Below are positions 9,281 to 19,339 of a stretch of 64,000 nucleotides of DNA, piece after piece. The notes beneath the pieces were generated by a model that saw nothing but the letters and a program-made list of their open reading frames with translations, did no database searches and was not told where the DNA came from. Source of the DNA: Candidatus Limnocylindrales bacterium. GTDB lineage: Bacteria > Chloroflexota > Limnocylindria > Limnocylindrales > CSP1-4. The stretch lies in NCBI GenBank assembly GCA_049521175.1, contig JBEKPB010000010.1, positions 6,553 to 70,552 on the forward strand, read 5' to 3'. The first letter of the stretch is position 1. Each line of letters starts with the position of its first letter. Made by a program: the position numbers and the translations under genes.

Positions 9281-10279
9281 TCAGACGATGCCGAGGGGGC
9301 GCTCGATGGCGGCGTCGGCGCGGAACTGGCGATCGACCAGGACTCGAATGACGTAGTCGATCTCTAGGCCGGCGCCGTCGAACGAGGGCGCCGATCCGGC
9401 CGGTATGAGCAGCCGGGCCTCGGCTGAGCCGCTCGTCAGCGTTGCGGGATCCACGTCCGCTGACGCCACGATCCCCTCCGTTCCATTAGGGGCGTTCGTG
9501 CGGCGGTGGATCTCGATCCGGGCGCCACGGCCCGAAGGCGCCGACGGCCACGAAACCTTGACGTCGACCTCCTGGCCGGCCGGCGCAGGGAGAGGCGATA
9601 CGACGTCGATGGACCCGTCGCCCGCCTGCACGCTGGCCATGAGGCTCGTGCCACCCTGTTTGCCGACCCCGGCGCGCATCAGGTCCGGATGCTGGGCCAG
9701 CGGCAGATACGTCGCAGCCCAGTGGTCCGAGCCCATCGCGACGTCCCACCTGACCTCGAGAGCCCAGGCGATTATCGACTCGCCGAGGTGGGCCGTCGGC
9801 GGACCCAGCGGCGGGGCCGGGATGGCGAATTGAGCCTCCCAGCTCGCCCCGGGCTGAAGCTCGGTGGGAATTGGCGGTTCCAGGAATGCGTCCGTGCTGA
9901 ACAGCTTGCCCTCGGTCTCGACCCAGTGCTCGGTGTAGGTGACCTCGCCCTTCGCGTTGCGGTGGTCCTGCGACTTGCGAACCTCGTCGAGGCGCAGGCC
10001 GACGAGCCGCAGATATGCCTTGCGGGCCGAGACCGCCCGATACGCCGTCAATCGGATGTGACCGGTGATGCCGTCGCCCACCTGAGCCGGCGCCTCGAGC
10101 GTGAATTCGCCACCGACCGCACCGTCGGACGGGTTGAGGAGCTCTTCGGCGCTGACCGAATGAAGCGGATGGCTGCCTTGCGAGCCGGCCAGCCGCGGCC
10201 CGTTGAGGGCGTCGAATGGGGATGGGGCCGATCCCTTGTGACCCAGTGAGATGCCGGAGATTGATATGCCAGACAACAT
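9281..10279 (-). CDS. hypothetical protein (possible Spo0M/arrestin-like beta-sandwich)
   Basis: 332-aa ORF with its ATG preceded by GGAGGG. Two beta-rich halves. The fold suggestion is weak. Confidence 0.6.
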   Translation of the reverse strand: MLSGISISGISLGHKGSAPSPFDALNGPRLAGSQGSHPLHSVSAEELLNPSDGAVGGEFTLEAPAQVGDGITGHIRLTAYRAVSARKAYLRLVGLRLDEVRKSQDHRNAKGEVTYTEHWVETEGKLFSTDAFLEPPIPTELQPGASWEAQFAIPAPPLGPPTAHLGESIIAWALEVRWDVAMGSDHWAATYLPLAQHPDLMRAGVGKQGGTSLMASVQAGDGSIDVVSPLPAPAGQEVDVKVSWPSAPSGRGARIEIHRRTNAPNGTEGIVASADVDPATLTSGSAEARLLIPAGSAPSFDGAGLEIDYVIRVLVDRQFRADAAIERPLGIV

Positions 10280-10433
10280 CGGTAACCCTCCACGGCGTGA
10301 CGGTCTTGAGCCTGAAGGCCCGCGTTGCGGAACGGCCCAAGGCTAGCATCGGCGCACGCGACGATCCGCTCGAACTGGGTGGATGATCGCACCATTCGTC
10401 CCGGTCTCTGGGGGCGCGCAAAGGTGGCAGGCG

Positions 10434-11804
10434 ATGGATGGTTTCGACTTCGTGGTCATCGGCGCGGGTGCCGCGGGCGAGGCGGCATCCTATGCGGCGC
10501 TGGAGCGCGACAAGACCGTCGCGGTGGTGGACCGCGAGCTATTCGGCGGGTCCTGCCCGTTCTGGGCCTGCGTCCCGTCCAAGTCCCTGCTGCATGCCGC
10601 GAGCGAACACCGCCACGGAACGTACCCCTGGCAGCGCGCATCGGATCGACGCGACTACATGATCAACCGCGAGGGGCGCAACTGGCCGGACGACTCGGGC
10701 CACGTCAGCGCACTCGAGAAGGCCGGCGCGCGCACCTATCGCGGCACCGCCAGGATAGTCGGCCCGGGGCTCGTTGAGGTGGCATCCGCCGGCGGCGGCT
10801 TCGAACGGCTCGAGGCCGGCACGATCGTGGTCGCGACCGGCTCGCAGTCGACCATGCCGGCCATCGATGGTCTGGCCGAGACCCAGCCGTGGACGAACCG
10901 CGAGGCCACCTCGACGCGGGAGTTGCCACGAAGCCTCGTGATCCTGGGCGGTGGTGCGACAGGTGTCGAGCTCGGCTCTGTCTTTGCGCGGTTCGGCGTG
11001 GAGACGGCCCTCGTCCACTCCCACGATCGCCCGCTCGACCGCGATCATGCCCGCGTCTCGGAGGCTGCTGCGCGGATCCTCCGCGACGACGGCGTTGAGC
11101 TCCGAATGGGTGCGCGTGCCGTTCGCGTGAGGCCCGGAGCAGGGGACCGGGATGCCCACGTGGTGGAGCTGAGCGACGGCGGTTACGTCGAAGGGGAGAG
11201 GATTCTTGTGGCACTCGGCCGCTCGTTCGGGCTCGAAAGCCTGGGTCTCGAGTCGGTCGGGTTGGACTCGAAGACGCTCCCTCGCGATGGGCGGCTTCGG
11301 GTGGGCGACGGCCTTTACCTGATCGGCGACCCTGCGGGCCCTGAGCTCTTCACGCACCTTGGCCACTACCAGGGCGGGCTGGCCGTCCGAATGGCCCTCG
11401 GCGAGGACGTCATGCCCGACTATCGAGCCATCCCACGCGCGGTCTATCTGGAGCCCGAGCTCGCGTCGGTCGGGCGGAGCGTCGAGCAGGCCCGCGCCGG
11501 GGGCGTCGACGCCTTCGAGCTGGTCGCCGACTTCGCCACGACCGCACGCGGCTACGCCGTTGAGGCCGCCTTCGGCCACCTGGCGATCGTCGTCGATCGT
11601 GCCACTCAGACGCTGGTCGGGGCGTCGGTCGTGGCTCCGGACGCCTCGGCAGCGATCCACGAGGTCGTGCTCGCAATCCAGGCCCAACTTCCGATCGCGA
11701 CGCTGGCGTCGATGATCCACGCGTTTCCGACGACTTCGCGAGGCTTCGACGGCCTGTATGCCGACGCGCTCGAGCAGCTTCGAGGGCAGTCATTGCCGGC
11801 CTGA
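10434..11804 (+). CDS. FAD-dependent pyridine nucleotide-disulfide oxidoreductase (dihydrolipoamide dehydrogenase / mercuric reductase-like)
   Basis: Contains the dinucleotide motif FDFVVIGAGAAGEAAS and the redox-disulfide-like GGSCPFWACVPSK. ATG 10434 follows AAGGTGG. Confidence 0.85.
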   Translation: MDGFDFVVIGAGAAGEAASYAALERDKTVAVVDRELFGGSCPFWACVPSKSLLHAASEHRHGTYPWQRASDRRDYMINREGRNWPDDSGHVSALEKAGARTYRGTARIVGPGLVEVASAGGGFERLEAGTIVVATGSQSTMPAIDGLAETQPWTNREATSTRELPRSLVILGGGATGVELGSVFARFGVETALVHSHDRPLDRDHARVSEAAARILRDDGVELRMGARAVRVRPGAGDRDAHVVELSDGGYVEGERILVALGRSFGLESLGLESVGLDSKTLPRDGRLRVGDGLYLIGDPAGPELFTHLGHYQGGLAVRMALGEDVMPDYRAIPRAVYLEPELASVGRSVEQARAGGVDAFELVADFATTARGYAVEAAFGHLAIVVDRATQTLVGASVVAPDASAAIHEVVLAIQAQLPIATLASMIHAFPTTSRGFDGLYADALEQLRGQSLPA

Positions 11805-11882
11805 TCCGCGAGCCAAAGAGCCCGCCGGTTGGCCGGCGGGCTCCTCGAGTCGTGGTGGCGCCTCGGGCGCCATCTACAGTGG

Positions 11883-13313
11883 TCAGGCCGAGAGTTCCGC
11901 GCCGCCGGCGGCGATGAAGTCTGAGCGAGGCTCGGTTCTGGCGAGGCGGGCGACCGCCGCGGGCAGAACGAGAGCCAGAACCGCGCCCACCGCCACCACT
12001 CCGGCACCGACCCAGACGGCCGGAACGAGTCCATCGGTGTAGGTGCGCGGCGTGGCGTACGAGCCCGCGGCCGAGAAGATCGCCCCGAGCATCGCGATCC
12101 CGAAGACGCCGCCCAGCTCGCGGATTGTGTTGTTCGCCCCCGAGGCCTTGCCTTCGTCTTCGCGCGGCACGGCGGAGAGGACCACGTTGGCGATCGGAGC
12201 GAAGAAGAGGCCCATGCCGGCGCCGCTGACGATGAATGCCGGCACGAGGCTGGCGTATGAGACGCCTGGGGCGCCAAGCGCCGCAATCCAGCCCAGACCC
12301 AACGCCATCAGCGCGAGGCCACTCACGAGTATCGGTCGAGCGCCGATTCGACCGGAGGCCCAGCCGGCGATCGGCGCGACGATGACCGGCGTGGCTGTCC
12401 AGGGCAGGATGCGGATACCCGACTCGAGCGGGTTGAGGCCCTGAACGATCTGGAAGAACTGCGAGAGCAAGAAGATCGAGCCGAACATCCCGAAGGACAT
12501 CAAGAACGAGATCCCGTTGGCCACGAGCGAGGTGCGCCGTCTGAACAGGTTCAGCGGGAGCATCGGGTGCTGAGCCCGAGCTTCCCAGATCACGAACGCT
12601 ACGATGAGCGCCAGGCCGGCGCCGATCGAGGCCACGATCTGCCAATCGGTCCAGCCGCGGCCGTTGCCATGGGTCATGCCCCAGACGATGCCGACGAGGC
12701 CGAGGCTCGCCAGCGCGACGCCGCCGAGGTCGAGCGAGCGGTCGGGTCCGTGGCTCTCGCCAAGGCGCATGCGTGCCATGACGACCGTCGCGATGCCGAT
12801 CGGTACGTTGAGCCAGAAGATCCAATGCCATGACAGGCCCTGGGTTATGGCACCGCCGATGACCGGGCCCAACGCAACCGCAAGGCCGCTGATGCCGCCC
12901 CACGCCCCGAGGGCGAGTGGCCGCCTCTCAGGGGAGATGGCACCCGACAGGATCGTCAGGGTCAGAGGCATCGATATGGCACCGCCGAGACCCTGAGCAG
13001 CGCGCGCCGCGATGAGCATGCCACTGGTAGGAGCCAGGGCAGCGGCCGCCGAGCCGAGGGTGAAGATCGCGATGCCGATGGTGAACATGCGGCGTCGTCC
13101 GAAGCGGTCGCCCAGGGCCGCGCCCATCAGGAGCAGCGCCGCGAACGTCAGCGTGTATGCGTTGACCGTCCATTCGAGATCGCTCAGTGATGCGCCGAGG
13201 TCCCGCCGGATGACCGGCAGGGCCATGGTCACCACCAGGTTGTCCAGGCTGACCATGAAGAGAGCTGTCGCCGTAATGGCGAAGGTCCAGAGGGTGGAGG
13301 TGCGACGGGGCAT
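11883..13313 (-). CDS. MFS transporter, DHA2/EmrB-like (14-TMS type)
   Basis: Starts MPRRTSTLWTFAITATALFMVSLDNLVVTMALPVIRRDLG, with many TM segments. It lies downstream of tetR. Confidence 0.85.
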   Translation of the reverse strand: MPRRTSTLWTFAITATALFMVSLDNLVVTMALPVIRRDLGASLSDLEWTVNAYTLTFAALLLMGAALGDRFGRRRMFTIGIAIFTLGSAAAALAPTSGMLIAARAAQGLGGAISMPLTLTILSGAISPERRPLALGAWGGISGLAVALGPVIGGAITQGLSWHWIFWLNVPIGIATVVMARMRLGESHGPDRSLDLGGVALASLGLVGIVWGMTHGNGRGWTDWQIVASIGAGLALIVAFVIWEARAQHPMLPLNLFRRRTSLVANGISFLMSFGMFGSIFLLSQFFQIVQGLNPLESGIRILPWTATPVIVAPIAGWASGRIGARPILVSGLALMALGLGWIAALGAPGVSYASLVPAFIVSGAGMGLFFAPIANVVLSAVPREDEGKASGANNTIRELGGVFGIAMLGAIFSAAGSYATPRTYTDGLVPAVWVGAGVVAVGAVLALVLPAAVARLARTEPRSDFIAAGGAELSA

Positions 13314-13332
13314 GATCGATCCTTTGTCAGCT

Positions 13333-13352
13333 AACTGAGTACTCGCTAAGTT
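13333..13352. promoter_or_regulatory. imperfect palindrome between tetR and the MFS gene (candidate TetR operator)
   Basis: AACTGAGTACTCGCTAAGTT shares GAGTACT and CTAAGT with the palindrome upstream of tetR. Confidence 0.4.
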
Positions 13353-13375
13353 CAGCGGAGAAAAAGGGGGAGGGG

Positions 13376-13984
13376 CTAGCACTCGACGGATTCACCTCCG
13401 ATCAGAGATCGAAGGAAGTCCTCGTAGGTGGACTTGCCGGTGACAGCTTTCGCAGGATCCAGCGCGTCCGGGGAGGTGATGCTGGCGACGACGTTGATGA
13501 GCATGCCCTCCGCGAACCAGGCGTGCACCGCCTTGGGGTCCGCGCCCGACATGTTCGCCACGGTCTGCCATAGGAGGGCGTAGTTGGTCCGAACGACAGC
13601 CTGGATGTCCGCGTCTTCACACGCCGCATATGCCTGGAGCTGGAGCCTGAGAATGGCGCGATCGGCGAGGAGCAGGCGGACATAGGCGTGGCCCATCTCA
13701 TCGAGGACCCGGTCGGGCCCGAGGCCTGCCGCCTTGGCTTTCCGTCCGGACGTCTCGAAGGCCCGTCTGGTTCGGTCGAAGCAGTCGCGCACGGCGGCGA
13801 TGAAGAGGTCCTTCTTGGTCCTGAACAGCTGGAACAGGTACGGCTGGGAAACTCCCGCGCGTCGCGCGATGGCATCCGTCGACGTGCCCGCAAAACCGGT
13901 TGCGGCGAATTCGACCGACGCAGCGGCGACGATCTCGTCGCGGCGCTCTTCGGCGGTCAATCTGGTCGAGGCGCTCATGCGCAT
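13376..13984 (-). CDS. TetR family transcriptional regulator
   Basis: N-terminal HTH EIVAAASVEFAATGFAGTSTDAIARRAGVSQPYLFQLF. Confidence 0.9.
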   Translation of the reverse strand: MRMSASTRLTAEERRDEIVAAASVEFAATGFAGTSTDAIARRAGVSQPYLFQLFRTKKDLFIAAVRDCFDRTRRAFETSGRKAKAAGLGPDRVLDEMGHAYVRLLLADRAILRLQLQAYAACEDADIQAVVRTNYALLWQTVANMSGADPKAVHAWFAEGMLINVVASITSPDALDPAKAVTGKSTYEDFLRSLIGGESVEC

Positions 13985-13985
13985 A

Positions 13986-14003
13986 ACTTAGTGAGTACTA
14001 AGT
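13986..14003. promoter_or_regulatory. perfect 7-4-7 inverted repeat immediately upstream of tetR (candidate operator)
   Basis: ACTTAGT-GAGT-ACTAAGT starts 2 nt upstream of the tetR start codon. Confidence 0.5.
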
Positions 14004-14091
14004 CAGTTGTCAAGAGGGCGAGCGGCGGTCCACGGACGAGACGAAGTCGGCGTGGGCCGTGCCGGAGCGAGTCCGGGCTCTCGGGCCGCCC

Positions 14092-15213
14092 TTATCGCAG
14101 CGTGCGCTCCGCGTATCGCTCCAAGCGTGCCAGAGCCTCGGGCATGTTCGTTCGGCCGAAGCCCAGCCGGAAATGGTTGCCCGTGTCCGCGAAGACCGTG
14201 CCCGGCAGCAGCAGCACGCCCGTCTCACGGACCAGATCCTCGGCGAACCGGTCGATCGGGGTAGCCGCGGCCAGCCGCGGAAAGGCGATGCTCCCACCGC
14301 GCGGTCGCCTCCAATCGAAGACTCCGGCCCAGCGCTCGAAGAATGCGTCCAGGAGTGGCAGGTTGGACGCCACGATGGCCCGGTTCCTGGCCAGGACGCG
14401 GTCGCGGGCCCGCAGCGCGATCAGGGCGAGAACCTCGGATGGGGCCGAGCTGCAGATCGTGGTGTAGTCCTTGAACGCGGCCAGCCGCGCCAGCAAGTCG
14501 CGGTCGCGCGTCGCCACCCAGCCGATCCGCAGACCCGCCATCGCAAACGACTTGGACATCACCCCGATGCTCACGCCAGTCGGCTGCGAATCGGCGCCCG
14601 CCGGGAGCCGGTCGGCGGGGTCGAATTCGAGGAAGCGATATACCTCGTCGACGATCAGACGCGCACCCGACTCGGCCGCGAGTTCGACGACCCGCTCGAA
14701 GGTCGATCGGTCGCTCAGAGAACCGGTCGGGTTGTGCGGCTCGTTGATCAGGATGAGCCGGGTGTTTGGCCGCAGGGCGCCCCGAATCTCTTCTGGATCG
14801 AGCCGCCAGCCGTCTTCCTCGTGGAGGCCGACGCGCGTGACCTCGGCACCGGCCGCGCGGGCGACCTCGGCCAGTGACTGGTAGGCGGGACTGACGACGA
14901 TGGCGTGGTCGCCCGGCCCGAGCAAGACCATATGGAGGGCGAATATCGCCTCTTCGGCGCCGGCGAATACGAGAACCTCGTCGGGCGAGATCGCCTCGTA
15001 CAATCCGGCAATCTCCGCTCGCAGCGCAGGGTGTCCCGGCGATTCGGTGTAGCCCAGCTTCAGGTCGTCCCATCGTCGACGGTCGTCGTCGTTGGCCAGC
15101 TCGAGAAGGTCGCGCACGGCCCAACCTTCGACGTCGGAGGCGCACAGGAGCAGCTCCGCCTTGAACTCCCATCTGGCGAAGAAGCGTTCCAGGGCGAATT
15201 CGCGAAGTTGCAC
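14092..15213 (-). CDS. PLP-dependent aminotransferase, class I/II
   Basis: 373 aa with the pyridoxal-lysine motif SKSFAMAGLRIGW. GTG start follows AGGAGAAGGAGG. Confidence 0.85.
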   Translation of the reverse strand: MQLREFALERFFARWEFKAELLLCASDVEGWAVRDLLELANDDDRRRWDDLKLGYTESPGHPALRAEIAGLYEAISPDEVLVFAGAEEAIFALHMVLLGPGDHAIVVSPAYQSLAEVARAAGAEVTRVGLHEEDGWRLDPEEIRGALRPNTRLILINEPHNPTGSLSDRSTFERVVELAAESGARLIVDEVYRFLEFDPADRLPAGADSQPTGVSIGVMSKSFAMAGLRIGWVATRDRDLLARLAAFKDYTTICSSAPSEVLALIALRARDRVLARNRAIVASNLPLLDAFFERWAGVFDWRRPRGGSIAFPRLAAATPIDRFAEDLVRETGVLLLPGTVFADTGNHFRLGFGRTNMPEALARLERYAERTLR

Positions 15214-15447
15214 GCGGACCTCCTTCTCCTGGCTAACGGTACCAATCGGGCCCGAACCAGTGCAATGGACCGAACGCCGCCGGCCGTCATCAGGTGACGC
15301 GTGCGCTCGGGCGACCGCGAGGCTGCCTAGTTCGGATGGCCCTTGACCGCGGTTTGCGGTCCGGCTGAGGATCGTGCCCGTGGTCCGTCAGACCAGGGGC
15401 ACCCTTGGAGTCTGCCCGGGGCCTCACGACTCCAGCACGGAGAAACC

Positions 15448-15915
15448 ATGACCGCGAATATCTCTGCGCCCGCAATAGACGCCATTCCCGCGCCCACCAT
15501 GAATCGCTCCGGGCGGACCGCGGTGGGGCTGCTCGTGCTGCTCGGTTTCATGGCGATCGCCGGCGGCGCGGCCCTGGTGTCCGCCCCGGACGGCAGCGTG
15601 ATGAAGTTGCCGTTGACGATGCTCGATGGGAGTCCCTTTCCTGACTTCATGGTGCCTGGGCTAATCCTCGGCGGACTCTTCGGCGTGGGTTCGTTCGTCG
15701 TGGCCGTGCTGGCCGTCCGCCGCTGGTCGATCGCGCCGTTCCTGGCCTTCGCCATCGGTTGCGGCCAGATGATCTGGATTGTCGTGGAGCTGGCGATCAT
15801 CAAGGGCATTTCGATCCTGCATCCGATCTGCTTTGGCATCGGTCTCGCGATCGCGGTTGCCTCGGTGATTTGGGGCTGGCCGACATTCCAGGGCTGGCGC
15901 GCCTCCCGAACCTAG
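15448..15915 (+). CDS. hypothetical integral membrane protein
   Basis: ATG 15448 follows GGAG. Product is 155 aa with about 4 TM helices. Confidence 0.6.
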   Translation: MTANISAPAIDAIPAPTMNRSGRTAVGLLVLLGFMAIAGGAALVSAPDGSVMKLPLTMLDGSPFPDFMVPGLILGGLFGVGSFVVAVLAVRRWSIAPFLAFAIGCGQMIWIVVELAIIKGISILHPICFGIGLAIAVASVIWGWPTFQGWRASRT

Positions 15916-16002
15916 CCAGCCGCCAAATGGCCGCCGGCCTAGCCAACGAGGAAATGTGAGGCCGACTCGGCCGCGACGTGGTCCCTCGATCGCCCAGCCC
16001 GG

Positions 16003-16494
16003 TTAGTCTTCTGGTGTCAGCTCCAGGTAGCTGCTCGTCACGAAGCCCATGTCCTGGTAGAGCGGCCGCCCCTCATCGCTGGCTCGCAGCCATATGCGTC
16101 GCACGCCGGCGGCTCTGGCCGCCTCGACGGCCCGCTCCATCAAGGCGCGGGCAAGACCCATCCGCCGCGCCTCGGGCCGTGTGTACACGTTGAGGATGTA
16201 GGCCTCGAGCCCGATCGGATTCGCCGTGCCAGGCGGATGAGGAAACCACATCAGGCCGGCGGACGCCGCAGGGCGGCCGTCGAGGTCGGCAATCCAGGCG
16301 GCGAAGTCACGGTCGAAGTGCTCACCGAGCCAGCGTTCGTTGGAGGCTCGCAGCGCACCGGGTTCGGCCCCGGGTCTCGTCCCGGCGCCGAAGACGTCCG
16401 CAAGCATGGCCAGCCGGAACTCAAGGATCGTAGCCAGATCGGCTGAGGTCGCGGGCCGAATCGAAACGCGGCCGGCCTCGAGCTGCGCTGCCAT
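16003..16494 (-). CDS. GNAT family N-acetyltransferase
   Basis: Acetyl-CoA motif region YTRPEARRMGLARALMERAVEAARAAG. Confidence 0.85.
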   Translation of the reverse strand: MAAQLEAGRVSIRPATSADLATILEFRLAMLADVFGAGTRPGAEPGALRASNERWLGEHFDRDFAAWIADLDGRPAASAGLMWFPHPPGTANPIGLEAYILNVYTRPEARRMGLARALMERAVEAARAAGVRRIWLRASDEGRPLYQDMGFVTSSYLELTPED

Positions 16495-16541
16495 GAAACA
16501 GATGATGCGCGCTCTCGGCCGGCCGCGTCCTGCGGCTGGTG

Positions 16542-17213
16542 CTACTTGATGGTCAACGTCCCATCGGAGACCACACTGCCATCCGCAGTGGTCAGCTTGA
16601 ACTCGTAGGTCCCAGCTCCCAGCGTGCTCAGGTCCGTGCTGTCCTCGAGGCAGTCAACGCCGTTGGACTGGGCAGATGTGAGGTCACTCGAACCTAGTGA
16701 GGTGCCGTTCTTGATAACGGTCAGGGTCACGGTCTGGTTGTCCAGCCGGGACTTGAAGAAGTAGTTGGCATATACCTTCGTGCCCACGGCCACAGAAGTC
16801 ACCTGATGGCCGAGCTGGCAGGTCGAGGCCCCTGAGTTGGTGGGGGCGTCAGTCGTGAAGATGACCTGGCCGGCATGGCTCGGATTGAGAACCATCACCG
16901 CGATGAGCAGGATTGCGACGACGACTATGAAGCCGCCGATCGCGGCCAGGAGCCGTCGCGGCAGGCCGCGACGTGGCGGCGCGGCAGGCGCCGGGGCGCC
17001 CCACGCAGGCGGAGCGCCATAGGGGGCTTCGGGCGGAGCGCCATAGGGGGCTTCGGGCGGAGTGCCATCCGGCGCGGCAGGCGGAGCGCCGTATGGGGTT
17101 TCGGGCGGCGGAACGCCCCACGACGGAGTCTCAGGCGGCGGAGCGCCCCAGGGCGGTGTGGCGGGAGGCGGCGCCTGGTCGTCTGGTGTCTGACCTGGAT
17201 TGTTCGGGTCCAT
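16542..17213 (-). CDS. membrane-anchored protein with Pro-rich repeat N-terminus
   Basis: Tandem PPEAPYGA repeats, one TM helix (LLAAIGGFIVVVAILLIAVMVL) and a beta-rich C-terminal domain. Confidence 0.65.
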   Translation of the reverse strand: MDPNNPGQTPDDQAPPPATPPWGAPPPETPSWGVPPPETPYGAPPAAPDGTPPEAPYGAPPEAPYGAPPAWGAPAPAAPPRRGLPRRLLAAIGGFIVVVAILLIAVMVLNPSHAGQVIFTTDAPTNSGASTCQLGHQVTSVAVGTKVYANYFFKSRLDNQTVTLTVIKNGTSLGSSDLTSAQSNGVDCLEDSTDLSTLGAGTYEFKLTTADGSVVSDGTLTIK

Positions 17214-17457
17214 TCAGTCCTCTCCCTGCCTTGGCGTCTGGTTGCCTTCGGTCGCTCGACGCTCGTAGGAGCATACCCCGTGAGCCAAGGCTCGTTGCCG
17301 GTTCTGCCGATCGAACCCCCGATCGAGTACGGGCCGGCCCGGCATCCGGTACTCGGGCGGCCGGGCGACTGCCGCAACGGCTGTCGTGCTACGGTCGGGT
17401 GGACGCCGCGCGCGACTGTCTGTGAGGCGATCGAATTCAAGCCTGGAGGTCGAGCGG

Positions 17458-18411
17458 ATGCGACCCTTCTTCGGTTATCACATGCCGAGTTTCACGTTCC
17501 CCGGCGTGGCGGATGCGGACCTCTTCGACAAAGTCGTCGAGCTGGCTCAGACCGCCGAGAAGTCCGGCTTCGACATGGTCACGGTCATGGACCACTTCTA
17601 TCAGATCGGAGCCGTAGGGACCGAAGAGGAACCGATGCTCGAAGGCTACGCCGCACTCTCCGCTCTGGCCATGCGGACGGAGCGCGTTCTTCTCGGGACG
17701 ATGGTCACTGGGGTCACTTACCGCAACCCGGCTATGCTCGCCAAGACGGTGACCACCCTCGACGTCATCTCCAGGGGTCGGGCGGTGCTCGGTATAGGTG
17801 CGGCCTGGAACACCTCCGAGCATGCCGGATACGGCATGGAGTTCCCGGCCATCGGCGAGCGTGAGGATCGGCTCGAGGAAGCTCTGACGATCGCCAAGGC
17901 GATGTTCACCGAGGAGCGGCCAAGCTTCGAAGGCAAGCACTATCGCATCGACCGTGCGCTGAACCGACCGCGGCCGATCCAGGCCGGCGGTCCGAAGATC
18001 CTGGTTGGTGGCGGCGGTGAGAAGCGGACTCTGAAGCTCGCGGCGAGATTCGCGGACATCACCAACTGGTTCGGCACCCTCGAGGAGGCCCGCCCAAAGC
18101 TGGCGGTGCTTGACCGCCACTGTGAGGCCGCAGGTCGCGATCCCGCCGAGATCCTGCGAACGGTCTCGGTCCCGATCGTGGTCGTGGATGCCGAGCGCGA
18201 CAAGGCCGCGGCGACGGCGGCGATCCCCGAGGAGCGGCGCGGGTCGTTCGCCGCGGTGACTGTCTCGGAAGGTGCCGAGACCGTCCGACGGTACATGGAC
18301 GCAGGCTTTGGCGGCTTCATCTTCCGGAACGCCGTGGCGCGAACACCGGAGGCAGTGGAGCGCCTTGGCGAGCTCGTGAAGCTCTCCAGATCGGAAGGGA
18401 TCCCGGCATGA
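17458..18411 (+). CDS. LLM-class (luciferase-like) F420-dependent oxidoreductase
   Basis: ATG 17458 follows GGAGG. Contains FDMVTVMDHFYQ...GIGAAWN..EH..YG, typical of this family. Confidence 0.8.
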   Translation: MRPFFGYHMPSFTFPGVADADLFDKVVELAQTAEKSGFDMVTVMDHFYQIGAVGTEEEPMLEGYAALSALAMRTERVLLGTMVTGVTYRNPAMLAKTVTTLDVISRGRAVLGIGAAWNTSEHAGYGMEFPAIGEREDRLEEALTIAKAMFTEERPSFEGKHYRIDRALNRPRPIQAGGPKILVGGGGEKRTLKLAARFADITNWFGTLEEARPKLAVLDRHCEAAGRDPAEILRTVSVPIVVVDAERDKAAATAAIPEERRGSFAAVTVSEGAETVRRYMDAGFGGFIFRNAVARTPEAVERLGELVKLSRSEGIPA

Positions 18412-18806
18412 AGACAGACGTGGACATCGAGGCTCTCCGCAAACGTCTGACGCCTCTCCAGTTCGCCGTGACGCAGGAGGCCGCCACCGAGCGGCCGTTC
18501 ACGGGTGCCTTCTGGGACAACCACGAGGATGGCGGTTACCGCTGCGTCGTCTGTGGCGAGGTCCTCTTCAGCTCGGGCGAGAAGTACGACTCACGTTCCG
18601 GCTGGCCAAGCTTCTACGACGTCGTCGACAAGTCAAAGGTGGTCACGCGGTCCGACAGGTCCATGGGCATGACCCGGACCGAGGTCCTGTGCGCCAATTG
18701 CGGCGCGCATCTGGGCCACCTCTTCGACGATGGGCCGCGGCCGACGGGTCTGCGCTACTGCATCAATTCGGCCTCGCTCGATTTCGAGAAGCGGGGAGGG
18801 GAGTAG
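18408..18806 (+). CDS. msrB: peptide-methionine (R)-S-oxide reductase
   Basis: Contains CVVCGEVLFSS...GWPSF...CANCGAHLGHLFDDGP...RYCINS. ATGA overlap with the preceding gene. Confidence 0.92.
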   Translation: MKTDVDIEALRKRLTPLQFAVTQEAATERPFTGAFWDNHEDGGYRCVVCGEVLFSSGEKYDSRSGWPSFYDVVDKSKVVTRSDRSMGMTRTEVLCANCGAHLGHLFDDGPRPTGLRYCINSASLDFEKRGGE

Positions 18807-18817
18807 CGGGCGGATCG

Positions 18818-18865
18818 GTCGGGCGCGGGCTGCCACCCCGGCCGCGGGGTACCCGCCGGCCCGAC
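18818..18865. terminator. GC-rich hairpin between convergent genes
   Basis: GTCGGGC (18818-18824) pairs with GCCCGAC (18859-18865), with further internal pairing. It lies between the msrB stop and the convergent 18914 gene. No clear U-tract. Confidence 0.35.
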
Positions 18866-18913
18866 GAGTCCCCGGATCGTAGCCGCCCCTCATCGCCCGG
18901 GAGCCGGTTCTCT

Positions 18914-19276
18914 CTAGCGGGCGGTGATCGTCACCTTCGACGCGCTGCCCGTGATCTCGATCTCGTAGCGATCCGGCGAGGCGTCCGCCCCGGGCGTTTG
19001 TATCGACATCGGACCGGCAGACTTGTGCGACCGCCCGTCGATCGTGACCTGGCTGACGCCGCCGCGAATCTCCAGCCCTGCAGCGACGCCGATCGGCCTC
19101 TCGATCGAGATCCGGCTCAGGCCGCCGGTGACCGTGATCGGCACAACTCCGGCCGGACGCGCCAGGATCAGCAAGGCGGCGAACCACCAGTCGGTGCCGC
19201 GAGGCGGCGCCAGGACCGCTCCCGTGACAGGGCCGCGTGACGACTCGCGCGGCTGCGTCACGATTCTCCATAGCAC
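18914..19276 (-). CDS. LiaF/DUF2154 (toastrack)-like C-terminal domain protein, possibly N-terminally truncated
   Basis: Pattern ITVTGGLSRISIERPIGVAAGLEIRGGVSQVTIDG...YEIEITGSASKVTITAR. The first usable start is GTG 19276. The long track ORF upstream is antisense to the hydrolase gene. Confidence 0.4.
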   Translation of the reverse strand: MLWRIVTQPRESSRGPVTGAVLAPPRGTDWWFAALLILARPAGVVPITVTGGLSRISIERPIGVAAGLEIRGGVSQVTIDGRSHKSAGPMSIQTPGADASPDRYEIEITGSASKVTITAR

Positions 19277-19339
19277 CCGCGTGTTGCGGCTACGATGATC
19301 GACAGCCGCGGCAACGGCCGCGCCCAGCAAGGCGAGTCG

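Noticed and set aside
11410-12903. Long alternative-frame and antisense ORFs typical of high-GC DNA, for example 11410..12903(-), 19237..20274(+), 24027..25529(+), 44084..45904(-), 54392..55540(+) and 60519..62192(-)
   Set aside because: Each overlaps a gene with clear family motifs on the same or opposite strand. They encode Arg/Pro/Gly/Ala-rich sequences without motifs and are shadow ORFs.
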